NCBI GenBank assembly: GCA_035637095.1
Contig: DASPXX010000275.1
Location: 4,665-68,664, forward strand
Length of the DNA stretch: 64,000 nucleotides
Direction: 5' to 3'
From: Thermoanaerobaculia bacterium
GTDB lineage: Bacteria; Acidobacteriota; Thermoanaerobaculia; Multivoradales; UBA5704
Positions 53,041 to 64,000 of this stretch are shown one piece after another. The position numbers were made by a program, and so were the translations under genes. Under the pieces are notes generated by a model. That model saw only the letters and a list, made by a program, of their open reading frames with translations, searched no databases and was not told the DNA's origin. Every line of letters begins with the position of its first letter. Position 1 is the stretch's first letter.

Positions 53041-54425
53041 CCCGCCTGTTGATCGTGGAGGACGACGAGAAGATCCGCGCCGGGCTGCTGCTCCAGCTGC
53101 GCGAGGAGGGGTTCGCACCCAGCGCGGTGTCGGCGGCGGAGGAGGCGCTGACTCTGCTGGAGGCCCCGGCGACTCCCCTCCCCCACCTCCTGCTGCTCGA
53201 CGTGCGGCTGCGCGGGATGAGCGGGGTGGACCTGGTGCGCCGGCTGGTCGAGATCCGGCGCTTCCCGCCGACCATCATCATCTCGGGCGAGGCGTCGATC
53301 AGCGAGACGGTGGAGGCGCTGCGGCTCGGCGTCCACGACTTCATCGAGAAGCCGTTCACCCGCGAGCGGCTGCTGCGCTCGATCCGCAACGCGCTGGAGC
53401 ACCACGCCCTGCAACGCGAGGTGGCCTCGCTCAAAGGAGAGCCGGAGATCCTCGGCAGCTCGCCCGCGATCGCCGCCCTGCGCGAGCGGATCGCACGGGC
53501 TGCGGCGACCGACGCCCGGGTGCTCATCATGGGCGAGAGCGGCACGGGCAAGGAGCTGGTGGCGAGCGCGCTCCACCGCCAGAGCGCGCGGGCGCACCGG
53601 CCGTTCATCAAGATCAACTGCGCGGCCATCCCGGACAACCTGATTGAGGACGAGATCTTCGGCCACGCCCGCGGCGCCTTCACCGACGCCAAGGTCGCCA
53701 AGCCCGGCCTCTTCGAGGAGGCGGACGGCGGCACCCTCTTCTTGGACGAGATCGGCGACATGGAGTACCCGCTCCAGTCGCGGCTCCTGCGGGTGCTCGA
53801 AGACGGCCGCGTGCGCCGGGTGGGCGACACGCGCGACCGCCAGGTGGACGTGCGGGTGATCGCGGCGACCAACCGCGATCTGGAGAAGTCGATCCGCGAC
53901 GGAGCCTTCCGCGAGGACCTCTACTTCCGGCTGGCCCATCTGCCCCTCGCGGTGCCTCCATTGCGGGAGCGCAAGCAGGACGTGCGCCTCCTCTTCGACG
54001 GCTTCCTGGAGCACTTCGCCCGCCAGCACCGGATGCGCCCGCGCCGGGTCGACCCCGAGGTCTATCCGCTCCTCGAGGGCTATGCCTGGCCGGGGAACGT
54101 GCGCGAGCTGCGCAACGTCTCCGAGCGCCTGGTGATCTTCGGAGGCGACCCGATCACCCCGGACCAGCTCCCGTCGAGCTTCTTCGTCCCGGCCCGCACC
54201 CCCGAGACCGGCCTCCTGCGCCTGCCGGAAGCCTTCCCGGTGGTGCCGCTGCGCGACGTCAAGAGCCGCTGCGAGCGCGAGTACATCGAAGCGGTCCTCC
54301 ACCGCACCCGCTGGAACTTCACCGCGGCGGCCAAGCTGCTCGACGTGCAGCGGACCTATCTGCACCAGAAGGTGAAGGCGTTGGGGATCAGGCGGCCGGG
54401 GGGGAATGAAGACCTCACCCCCTGA
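53037..54425 (+). CDS. NtrC-family sigma-54-dependent response regulator
   Basis: Receiver (LLIVEDDE...LLLLDVRL), AAA+ core (GESGTGKE, GAFTDA loop, LFLDEIG), Fis-type HTH. GTG overlaps the HK stop. Confidence 0.92.
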   Translation: MTRLLIVEDDEKIRAGLLLQLREEGFAPSAVSAAEEALTLLEAPATPLPHLLLLDVRLRGMSGVDLVRRLVEIRRFPPTIIISGEASISETVEALRLGVHDFIEKPFTRERLLRSIRNALEHHALQREVASLKGEPEILGSSPAIAALRERIARAAATDARVLIMGESGTGKELVASALHRQSARAHRPFIKINCAAIPDNLIEDEIFGHARGAFTDAKVAKPGLFEEADGGTLFLDEIGDMEYPLQSRLLRVLEDGRVRRVGDTRDRQVDVRVIAATNRDLEKSIRDGAFREDLYFRLAHLPLAVPPLRERKQDVRLLFDGFLEHFARQHRMRPRRVDPEVYPLLEGYAWPGNVRELRNVSERLVIFGGDPITPDQLPSSFFVPARTPETGLLRLPEAFPVVPLRDVKSRCEREYIEAVLHRTRWNFTAAAKLLDVQRTYLHQKVKALGIRRPGGNEDLTP

Positions 54426-54573
54426 CCCCCTCTCCCATCGCACACCCATCCCCCGGGAGAGGGGGCACCACCGCCCAAAGCCCCCCCTCCCCGAGAGTTT
54501 GTTTGGCTTTCTTTGCTTTTCTCCCCTCTCCCGGGGGATGGGTGTGCGATGGGAGAGGGGCCGGGGGTGAGGG
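54414..54573. repeat. MITE/REP-like palindromic element, variant subfamily
   Basis: CCTCACCCCCTGACCCCCTCTCCCATCGCACACCCATCCCCCGGGAGAGGGGG and its inverted copy flank a T-rich core. It sits between convergent genes and contains the NtrC-family stop codon. Confidence 0.85.
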
Positions 54574-55251
54574 TCAGCTCGCCGCCTGAAACACCTCGCG
54601 CAGAAACCCGCCCGCCGCCGCGCGGAACTCGTTGGTCCACTCGTGGCCGCCGGTGAAGACCACCGGCCGGACGTCGACTCCCTTGCCGCGCAGCAGCTCG
54701 ACATCGTGCTCCATCTTGGCGGCGTCGTACCACTCCTCGCTGCTGCCGCGGCCGAGGAGGACCGGCGGAAAGCCGGCGGCGAGGTCGCCCTCCTCCAGCT
54801 CGGGCGGCACGTCGCCGCCCAGGACCACGACGCCGTGGCAACGGTGGCCACTCCCGGTGGCGGCGCGGTAGGCCATGGCGGCTCCCTGCGAGAAGCCGAG
54901 GAAGACGAGACGGTCGCTCGCCGGCAGGGTCTTTCGCAGATCGGCGACGACTCCCGCCACGTAGGCGACGTTGTCGGCGATCGCGAGCTCGCGGTCCTGC
55001 CGGGTCATCCAGCCGGCGATGACCTCGCCCGTCCGGTTGTAGAAGGGGTGGAGCGCCTGGACGGCGCAGAGGACCCACTGGTTGGCCCCCGGGATCTTGC
55101 GCAGCTCGCCGAGATGCTTCTCCGCGGTCTCGCCGTAGCCGTGGAAGCCGACGAGGAGCGGGCAGGCTTGCCCTTGCTTCAGAGGGGCCGGCGCCTCCAC
55201 CAGGTACCGGCCGTGGACCTGGGTGGCGATGTGGCGCACCTCTCCGCTCAC
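54574..55251 (-). CDS. alpha/beta hydrolase (carboxylesterase/phospholipase-type)
   Basis: Nucleophile elbow GFSQGA. HGYGE... Distal gene of the trp transcription unit. Confidence 0.8.
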   Translation of the reverse strand: MSGEVRHIATQVHGRYLVEAPAPLKQGQACPLLVGFHGYGETAEKHLGELRKIPGANQWVLCAVQALHPFYNRTGEVIAGWMTRQDRELAIADNVAYVAGVVADLRKTLPASDRLVFLGFSQGAAMAYRAATGSGHRCHGVVVLGGDVPPELEEGDLAAGFPPVLLGRGSSEEWYDAAKMEHDVELLRGKGVDVRPVVFTGGHEWTNEFRAAAGGFLREVFQAAS

Positions 55252-56078
55252 GCCGGCCGCCTCTCCGCTTTCCGGCGCAGGGGCGCCGACAGCTCGCGGA
55301 CCTTGTCTTCCAGCAGCGCCGGCAGATCTGGATGGCTGGCGTTCTCCTCCAGGAAGCGCACCAGAGCGCTCCCCACCACCACCCCGTCGGCCACCTCGCC
55401 CACCGAGGCCACCTGGGCCGGCGTGGAGATGCCGAAGCCCACGGCGAGGGGCAGGTCGATCCGCTTGCTCAGGCGCTTCACGTCCTTGACCAGATCGGTG
55501 GCCAGCGCCGTGCGCTCACCCGTCACGCCCGTGCGCGAGACGTAGTAGACGAAGCCGCTCGACGCGCGCGCCACCCGGTCGATCCGCTCGCGCGTGCTGG
55601 TCGGCGAGACGAGGAAGATCGCGTCGACCTCGTGAGCGCGAAGAGCCGGCACCAGCTCGCGCTCCCCCTCCTCCGGCGGCAGGTCGACGCAGAGGACGCC
55701 GTCGACCCCGGAGGCCGCGGCCTGCTCGGCGAAGCGCTCGATGCCGCGGGCATGGATCGGGTTGAAATAGGTGAACAGGACGATGGGAACTCCCAGGCGG
55801 TCGCGCTGGCGCGCCACCATCTCCAGGATCGCCGAGAGCTTGGTTCCGGCCTTCAAGGCGCGCACCGTGGCCCGCTGGTTCGTCGGTCCGTCCGCGATCG
55901 GATCGCTGAACGGCACGCCGAGCTCGATGATGTCGGCGCCCCCGGCGGCCGCGGCCTCCAGGAAGGCGGCGGTCATCTCCAGGCTCGGATCGCCCGCCAT
56001 GAGGAAGGGGATGAAGGCCGCCCGGTCCTCCCGGGCGCACTCTGCGAACACAGTCTCAATCGCACTGATGGCGCTCAT
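55248..56078 (-). CDS. trpA: tryptophan synthase alpha chain
   Basis: ...[11 protein letters not shown]...[18 protein letters not shown]...GFGIS... is canonical TrpA. Confidence 0.97.
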   Translation of the reverse strand: MSAISAIETVFAECAREDRAAFIPFLMAGDPSLEMTAAFLEAAAAGGADIIELGVPFSDPIADGPTNQRATVRALKAGTKLSAILEMVARQRDRLGVPIVLFTYFNPIHARGIERFAEQAAASGVDGVLCVDLPPEEGERELVPALRAHEVDAIFLVSPTSTRERIDRVARASSGFVYYVSRTGVTGERTALATDLVKDVKRLSKRIDLPLAVGFGISTPAQVASVGEVADGVVVGSALVRFLEENASHPDLPALLEDKVRELSAPLRRKAERRPA

Positions 56079-57298
56079 CGTGCCTCCGCTGCCTGTACTG
56101 CATGCAACCGGTCGTACTCGTTCACGGATTCCACGTCCTTGTCGCCGCGTCCCGAGAGGTTCACCAGGACGATCCGCTTCCGCGACAGCCGCGGTGCATG
56201 TTTGGTGGCCTCGGCGATCGCGTGGGCGCTCTCCAGGGCGGGGAGGATCCCCTCGGTCTTCGCCAGCAGATGGAAGGCCGCGATCGCCTCCGCGTCGGTC
56301 GCCGAGGTGTACTCGACCCGGCCCTGCTGCTGGAGCCAGACGTGCTCCGGGCCGATCGCCGGATAGTCGAGGCCGGCGGAGACCGAATGGGTCTCGACGA
56401 TCTGCCCCTCGTCGTCCTGGAGGACCATGGTGCGGGTGCCGTGGAGGACGCCGGTCCTGCCCCCCTTGAAGCGGGCGGCGTGCTCACCGAGCCGTTGGCC
56501 GCGGCCACCGGCTTCGACGCCGATCAGCCGCACCCGGTGGTCGCCCAGAAAGGCGGTGAACAGGCCGATCGAGTTGCTGCCGCCGCCGACGCAGGCGACC
56601 GCCAGATCCGGCGCGTCGGTGCCAGCCTGGCGTTTGAGCTGCGCCAGCGCCTCGTCGCCGATCACCCGGTGGAAGTCGCGCACCATGCGCGGGAACGGAT
56701 CGGGCCCCAAAACCGAGCCGAGCACGTAATGCGTCGAGCGCACGTTGGTCACCCAGTCGCGCAGCGCCTCGTTGATGGCGTCCTTGAGCGTGCGGCTCCC
56801 CGAGTCCACGGGGACGACCTCGGCGCCGAGGAGGCGCATGCGGTCGACGTTCAAGCGCTGGCGGCGCATGTCCTCGCTCCCCATGTAGACCGTGCAGGTG
56901 AGGCCGAGGAACGCCGCGGCCGTGGCGGTCGCCACGCCGTGCTGGCCCGCGCCGGTCTCCGCGATCACCCGCTCCTTGCCCATCTCGCGGGTGAGCAGGC
57001 ACTGGCCGACGGCGTTGTTGATCTTGTGCGCGCCGGTGTGCAGGAGGTCCTCGCGCTTGAGGAAGATGCGGGCGCCGCCGAGCTCGTCGGTCAGCCGCTC
57101 GGCGAAGTAGAGCGGCGTCGGGCGGCCGACGTAGTCGCGCAGGATGTCCGCCAGACGGCGGCGGAACGCGCGCGACTTGCTGACCTTGTCGTAGACGCGG
57201 ATCAGCTCGTCGAGCGGCGCCATCAGCGTCTCGGGGACGAAGCGCCCGCCGAAGCTGCCGAAGTAGCCGGGTTCAGGGCGCGTCTTGGACCTGAGCAT
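56075..57298 (-). CDS. trpB: tryptophan synthase beta chain
   Basis: ...GRFVPETLM...[16 protein letters not shown]...GGGSN... is canonical TrpB. Confidence 0.97.
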   Translation of the reverse strand: MLRSKTRPEPGYFGSFGGRFVPETLMAPLDELIRVYDKVSKSRAFRRRLADILRDYVGRPTPLYFAERLTDELGGARIFLKREDLLHTGAHKINNAVGQCLLTREMGKERVIAETGAGQHGVATATAAAFLGLTCTVYMGSEDMRRQRLNVDRMRLLGAEVVPVDSGSRTLKDAINEALRDWVTNVRSTHYVLGSVLGPDPFPRMVRDFHRVIGDEALAQLKRQAGTDAPDLAVACVGGGSNSIGLFTAFLGDHRVRLIGVEAGGRGQRLGEHAARFKGGRTGVLHGTRTMVLQDDEGQIVETHSVSAGLDYPAIGPEHVWLQQQGRVEYTSATDAEAIAAFHLLAKTEGILPALESAHAIAEATKHAPRLSRKRIVLVNLSGRGDKDVESVNEYDRLHAVQAAEAR

Positions 57299-57917
57299 TC
57301 CTCACCTCCTCGAAGAGCCGCCGCAGCAGCTCGGGATCCTTGATGCCGGGAGCCGACTCGACGCGGGAACAGACGTCGACGGCGAAGGGCCGGGCCGCGG
57401 CGATCGCCTGCCGCACGTTGTCGGGTCCGAGACCGCCCGCCAGGAAGACGCGGCGTCCGGCGAGGCGGTCCATGATCCGGGAAACCGCATCGTAGTCCCA
57501 GCTCTTCCCGGTCCCGCCGTAGAGCGACTCGTGGGGAGCGTCGAACAGCAGGCCCCAGCCGTCCGCCCAGGGGGAAAGAGCCTCGTCCCCTGGGTCGCCC
57601 CCGGTGCGGAAGCCCTTGATGAGCCGGCTGGCCAGATGCGCGAACGGAGCGGGCTCTTCGTCGCCGGAGAGCTGCACGAGGTCGAGGCCGACGCGCGCCA
57701 CCGTGTCTTCGATCTCGGACGGCGACGCGTCGACGAACACCCCGACCAGAATGGCTTTTCCGCGCACCGCCTCCGCGATCTCCTGCGCCCGGCCCGGGCC
57801 GACGTAGCGCGGGCTGCGCGGATAGAAGTTCAATCCGAGGAAATCGGCCCCCAGGGAGACCGCCGTCCAGGCGTTGTGCGGATCGACGACGCCGCAGACC
57901 TTGACCTTGGTGGTCAT
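57273..57917 (-). CDS. trpF: phosphoribosylanthranilate isomerase
   Basis: [10 protein letters not shown]...[17 protein letters not shown]...QLSGDE... is canonical PRAI. ATG at 57917. Confidence 0.93.
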   Translation of the reverse strand: MTTKVKVCGVVDPHNAWTAVSLGADFLGLNFYPRSPRYVGPGRAQEIAEAVRGKAILVGVFVDASPSEIEDTVARVGLDLVQLSGDEEPAPFAHLASRLIKGFRTGGDPGDEALSPWADGWGLLFDAPHESLYGGTGKSWDYDAVSRIMDRLAGRRVFLAGGLGPDNVRQAIAAARPFAVDVCSRVESAPGIKDPELLRRLFEEVRNAQVQDAP

Positions 57918-58792
57918 CCGAGCGTTCCCCCACCCGGGAACCTCACCCCCTGGCCCCCTCTCCCATCGCCCCCCCTTCCCCCGGGAGAGGGGGAACCCCC
58001 TACCAGCTCCTGTAATTTCGCCGCCGGATCGGGGGCGAGGAGGAGGGATTCGCCGATCAGGAAGGCGTCGAAGCCGCTGTCTCGCAAAAGGAGGACGTCG
58101 AGGGCGTCGCGGATGCCGCTCTCGGCCACCTTGAACGCTTCGGCCGGCAGGCCGGGCAGCAGCGAGATCGAATTCTGCAGGTCGACGTCGAACGTCCGCA
58201 GGTTGCGGTTGTTGATCCCCACCAGCTCCCAGGGTTCCCCCTGGAGCTTGCCGATGTCGGCGGCGTCGTGGGTCTCGACCAGCGGGACGAGGCCCAGGCC
58301 GCGGGCGAGGCGGGCGTACTCCGCCATCTGCTCGGCTCCGAGCATCGCGGCGACGAGGAGCACGGCGGCGGCGCCGGCCTCCTTCGCCCAGACCAGCTGG
58401 ATCGGATCGACCAGGAAGTCCTTGGCGATCGCCGGCAGCCCCGAGGCCTCGCGGCAGGCGGCGAGCAGGTCGTAGCCGCCATGGAAGAAATCGGGCTCGA
58501 CGACGACCGAGAGGCACGCCGCGCCGTTCGCCGCGTACAGCTTCGCCTGCGCGATCGGATCGATCCGGCCGTGGAGGTTGCCGAGGCGGGGAGAGCCCAT
58601 CTTGACCTCGGCGATCACGGCCGGAACGCCTTGGCGCTTCCGCGCCGCGAGGGCGCCGAGGAAGGCGTTGTCGGCCGGCGTCCGCGGCGAACCGTCCGCG
58701 AGATCGACGGCAACGCCGTTGGCCCCCACCTCGGACGCCACCCGCTGCCGGCGGTTCTCGGTGATGCGGACGAGGACGTCGGGGGGAGTCAT
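57914..58792 (-). CDS. indole-3-glycerol-phosphate synthase (C-terminus extended ~27 aa through a repeat element)
   Basis: ...VIAEVKMGSP...IAKDFLVDPIQ...VGINNRNL...ESGI... is canonical TrpC. The tail ...[28 protein letters not shown] is repeat-encoded. Confidence 0.93.
   Translation of the reverse strand: MTPPDVLVRITENRRQRVASEVGANGVAVDLADGSPRTPADNAFLGALAARKRQGVPAVIAEVKMGSPRLGNLHGRIDPIAQAKLYAANGAACLSVVVEPDFFHGGYDLLAACREASGLPAIAKDFLVDPIQLVWAKEAGAAAVLLVAAMLGAEQMAEYARLARGLGLVPLVETHDAADIGKLQGEPWELVGINNRNLRTFDVDLQNSISLLPGLPAEAFKVAESGIRDALDVLLLRDSGFDAFLIGESLLLAPDPAAKLQELVGGSPSPGGRGGDGRGGQGVRFPGGGTLG
57941..57996. repeat. single arm of the palindromic repeat family (inside the 3' end of the trpC ORF)
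   Basis: CCTCACCCCCTGGCCCCCTCTCCCATCGCCCCCCCTTCCCCCGGGAGAGGGGGAAC. It lies between the conserved trpC end and the trpF start. Confidence 0.8.
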
Positions 58793-58847
58793 GCGGCCTC
58801 CCAGAGTCCCGTCAAAGAAACGAGGAGGCGGAGCCTTCCCCCGCCCG

Positions 58848-58996
58848 ACCTCACCCCCCCGGCCCCCCTCTCCCATCTCCCACCCTCCCACCGGGAGAGG
58901 GGGGAGCTGATCAGATTCGTGCTCGGGAGGGACGGGTGGTGGCGCCCCTCTCCCGGTTGGGGGGTGTGCGATGGGAGAGGGGTCGGGGGTGAGGTC
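58848..58996. repeat. MITE/REP-like palindromic element, variant subfamily (trpD-trpC intergenic)
   Basis: GACCTCACCCCCCCGGCCCCCCTCTCCCATCTCCC...GGGAGAGGGG and its inverted partner ...CCCCTCTCCC...GATGGGAGAGGGGTCGGGGGTGAGGTC. Confidence 0.85.
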
Positions 58997-59015
58997 GGGC
59001 GGGTGGCGGTCGCGT

Positions 59016-60071
<1,056 letters not shown>

Positions 60072-60638
60072 GGCGCCGGCAGATCTGGAGGAAGTTGCCG
60101 AGCAGGTGAGGCCCGGCGCCGGTCAAGACCGACTCGGGATGGAACTGCACGCCCCAGTAGGGGAGCGAGGTGTGATGCATGCCCATGAGGATGCCGTCGT
60201 CCGTGGACCAGGCGACGGGCAGGAGCTCCGCCGGGAGGGTCTCCGCCTTCACGTCGAGGCTGTGGTAGCGGGTCGCCTCGAACGGATTGGGCAGCCCCGA
60301 GAAGACGCCAACGTCCTCATGGCGGACCATCGAGGTCTTGCCGTGCATCTGGCGTGGCGCCCGGCCGACGGTGGCCCCGAAAGCCATGCCGAGAGCCTGG
60401 TGGCCGAGGCAGACGCCGAGGACCGGGACGTCGGCGCGCGAGCGCAGGAGGTCCAGACAGACGCCGGCATCCTCGGGCCGGCCGGGACCGGGCGACAGGA
60501 CGATCCCCTCGGGATCGCGGGCGAGCATGGCCTCGGCGCTCTCCGCGTCGTTGCGCAGGACACGGATGTCGGCCCCGGCGGCAGAGAGCATCTGGACCAG
60601 GTTGTAGGTGAAGGAGTCGTAGTTGTCCACCATCAGGA

Positions 60639-62102
<1,464 letters not shown>

Positions 62103-62255
62103 GAGATAGGATAACCTCTGTGCTCTCCTAGAGTGTCATGAAGAGCGGAAACCGGGGCGGCCGGCCAGCCCGGGGCAGGAACATACCGAGATGATCAAGG
62201 AGGTGGGTCGGCCGGGGGTGAGGGCACGACCTCGGGAGCGGGGAGAGCGAGGGCT

Positions 62256-63128
62256 TCAGCTCTTCCGGAGCCTCATGAGCTCTTCGCGCAAACGGGCATT
62301 CTCGGCTTCGGCCGCTTTCCGGGTTTCTGCCTCCCGCCGGAGCTCGTCCTCGGTCCGCCGGAGCTCGTCCTCGGTACGCCGAAGCTCTGACTCGACCCGC
62401 CGGCGTCCTTCCTCCTCCTCGCGGGAGCTCAGCAGGCGCTCGCCGGTCGCCGCATCGATGACCTCAACCCCATTCCCTTCCGGATTGACTCCGAAGAGGA
62501 GACCCGTGGTTTCCGAGAGGAAACGGCCCTGGGCGTCCGGCTCGATCGGCTGGTAGCGGCCCGCATCGCCCAGCCGGTAGCCGCTCCACCTCACCCGCCA
62601 TCCGTTGCCCCGCCGGGGCAGGTCCTGCAGCAGGTACTCCCGGACCCTCATCCGCTCGTAGAGCCCGGGCTTTGCCTTCTCGTCGACCTCACGAATCCGC
62701 CGGTCGGTCGGAGAGACCACCTCGATGATGAGGCTCGGAGGCACGCCGGTCTTGGACTGGTTGTAGCTCGTCATCTCATGGTCGATCGTCTCGAGGCCCA
62801 TGAGGACCGAGACATCCGGAGACGGCCCGCGGCGCGGCAGCATCAGGTGTTTGAGGTCCTGGGTGACCAGGACGTCCGGCCGGCCGTGGTACCGACGCAC
62901 CAGGAGGTCGTACAGGAAAGCCGCGGCGACGGTGTGTGGATTGCCCTGGCACATGATGTCCCCGACCTGTGGATCGAGGAAATCCTCCGGTGTCAGGGGA
63001 GTGTCCTGCAGCTCGATCGTGCCGTCCGGCCTCTCCACGTAGCGCAGGAGGGTGCAGGCCTGCTCGTCCGGCTCCTCGTGGGCCGGAGCCCGGTCTCGCA
63101 GCAATCTTGTCCTGGCGGGCTCAGCCAT
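62256..63128 (-). CDS. Uma2-family (DUF820) endonuclease with C-terminal coiled coil
   Basis: ...PDVSVLMG...PSLIIEVVSPTDRRIREVDEKAKPGLYERMRVREYLL... is a PD-(D/E)xK Uma2 signature. The tail has ELRRTEDELRRTEDELRRE, encoded by 21-bp tandem copies at ~62335-62397. Confidence 0.85.
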   Translation of the reverse strand: MAEPARTRLLRDRAPAHEEPDEQACTLLRYVERPDGTIELQDTPLTPEDFLDPQVGDIMCQGNPHTVAAAFLYDLLVRRYHGRPDVLVTQDLKHLMLPRRGPSPDVSVLMGLETIDHEMTSYNQSKTGVPPSLIIEVVSPTDRRIREVDEKAKPGLYERMRVREYLLQDLPRRGNGWRVRWSGYRLGDAGRYQPIEPDAQGRFLSETTGLLFGVNPEGNGVEVIDAATGERLLSSREEEEGRRRVESELRRTEDELRRTEDELRREAETRKAAEAENARLREELMRLRKS

Positions 63129-63358
63129 GGTTCGAGTCTAGGGAATCTCCCCGGTTTCGTCAAATCATACTCTGATCCGGGAACCAGCGGGAAGGGAGGG
63201 CATGTAGCGAGGAGCCGCTGCTGCATGCGAAACCCAGCCTCGGGCCTGAGTTGGGAGGAAGTCAAGCGTTGGATTCGTGGCCGCCATGGCCGCTGAGCGG
63301 CTGGTTTACTTCTCGGCACGATCGCCAGGATCTGTACCGACCACGAAGGAGTTAAAGC

Positions 63359-63779
63359 GAAGGCCGTCCCTCGTGGGGCGGAGAGCATTCCTCGCGGGGC
63401 GAAGGTCATCCCTTTTGGGGCGAACGCCGCCTGTCAGAGGGCGGACGCCGTCACTCATCGGGCGAAGACCGTCCCTCTTGGGGCGACGTCATCCCCTTTT
63501 GGGGCGAAGGCCATCCCTGTTAGGGAGGAGGTCATCCCTCGTGGGGATGAGCCCGTTCCTTTTAGGGATGAGGCCATCCCTGATGGGGAGGAAGGCCGTC
63601 TCTCGCGGGGACGAGTCCATCCCCAATGGGGATGAGGTCATCCCTGGTAGGGAGGAGGCCGTCCCTTTTGGGGATGAGGTCATCCCTAACGGGGAGGGAG
63701 GCCATCCCTCGAGGGGCGACGGTTCCCCTCGGAGGGAGCTGGTTCGCCCCGTGAAGGATGAGGTCTCCCGTGGCGTGCG
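63359..63779. repeat. tandem array, ~20 units of 21 bp with hairpin cores (CATCCC-N4-GGGATG)
   Basis: Units such as GAAGGCCGTCCCTCGTGGGGC and GGAGGTCATCCCTCGTGGGGA repeat head-to-tail; one unit is 22 bp. The last units overlap and extend the hisE ORF tail. Confidence 0.9.
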
Positions 63780-64000
63780 GCGAGCTCGCGCCCGATCTCC
63801 TCGGGCTCGACGCCGCTCGCCTGAAGGAGGACGAGGAGGTGATAAAGGAGGTCGGCGGCCTCGCCGACCAGGGCGGTCCGTCGCGCGTCTCGCCCGTCTT
63901 CGCCGCGTGCTGCCAGCGAGACGGCGGCGAGGGCGGTTTCGACACCTTCCTCCCCCACCTTCTGGGCGATGCGCTCGATGCCTTCGGAGAGCAGGCGGGC
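63686..64000 (-). CDS. hisE: phosphoribosyl-ATP pyrophosphatase (HisE domain), 5' end outside window; C-terminus extended into the repeat array
   Basis: ...IAQKVGEEGVETALAA...EAADLLYHLLVLLQASGVEPEEIGRELAARH is canonical HisE. About 27 extra codons after ...AARH are array-encoded. Confidence 0.8.
   Translation of the reverse strand, partial: ARLLSEGIERIAQKVGEEGVETALAAVSLAARGEDGRDARRTALVGEAADLLYHLLVLLQASGVEPEEIGRELAARHGRPHPSRGEPAPSEGNRRPSRDGLPPR

Noticed and set aside
62103-62255. trp leader peptide/attenuator or T-box upstream of trpE.
   Set aside because: There is no small ORF with tandem Trp codons and no recognisable terminator/antiterminator pair or T-box specifier structure. The region mainly contains a degenerate copy of the palindromic repeat.
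62335-62397. 21-bp tandem copies (CGCCGGAGCTCGTCCTCGGTc x2-3) inside the Uma2 gene as a third member of the 21-bp array family.
   Set aside because: The sequence is unrelated to the two arrays. It simply encodes a duplicated coiled-coil heptad (ELRRTED) in a well-supported ORF, so the shared period is probably coincidental.

Overview
High-G+C bacterial chromosomal window (roughly high-60s % by eye, not computed). I recognised no rRNA, tRNA or CRISPR array. Most long ORFs antisense to the calls below are GC-driven shadow frames. Backbone genes: APC amino-acid permease, an NMT1-type ABC transporter, MFS transporter, ffh, pyk, rhomboid protease, a full Pho cluster (phoU, porin, pstSCAB with unusually long PstC/PstA), PEGA paralogs, GT2, TonB-like protein, CPBP protease, desaturase, a POTRA-OMP/HK/NtrC operon, trpEGDCFBA, Uma2 nuclease and hisE. 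Accessory content is dense. It includes at least six toxin-antitoxin modules or remnants, among them a RES-Xre pair wedged inside the ABC operon. A low-G+C ~3.7 kb islet carrying an orphan SF2 helicase is bracketed by a ~450 bp duplication of the ffh 3' end. A MITE/REP-like palindromic repeat family occurs at six loci, and there are two ~0.4 kb tandem arrays with 21-bp periodicity. The best candidate for an undescribed system is a compositionally atypical, translationally coupled five-gene minus-strand operon at 20035-28719: metallophosphoesterase, multi-TM GAF histidine kinase, receiver-GAF-pseudokinase, CHAT/caspase-like protein and a pseudo-receiver sigma-54 activator. It is preceded by a 40-aa micropeptide gene, a perfect 15-bp hairpin and a near-consensus sigma-54 promoter. 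A near-identical promoter copy recurs at 41860. All family assignments come from reading motifs by eye; no searches were run.
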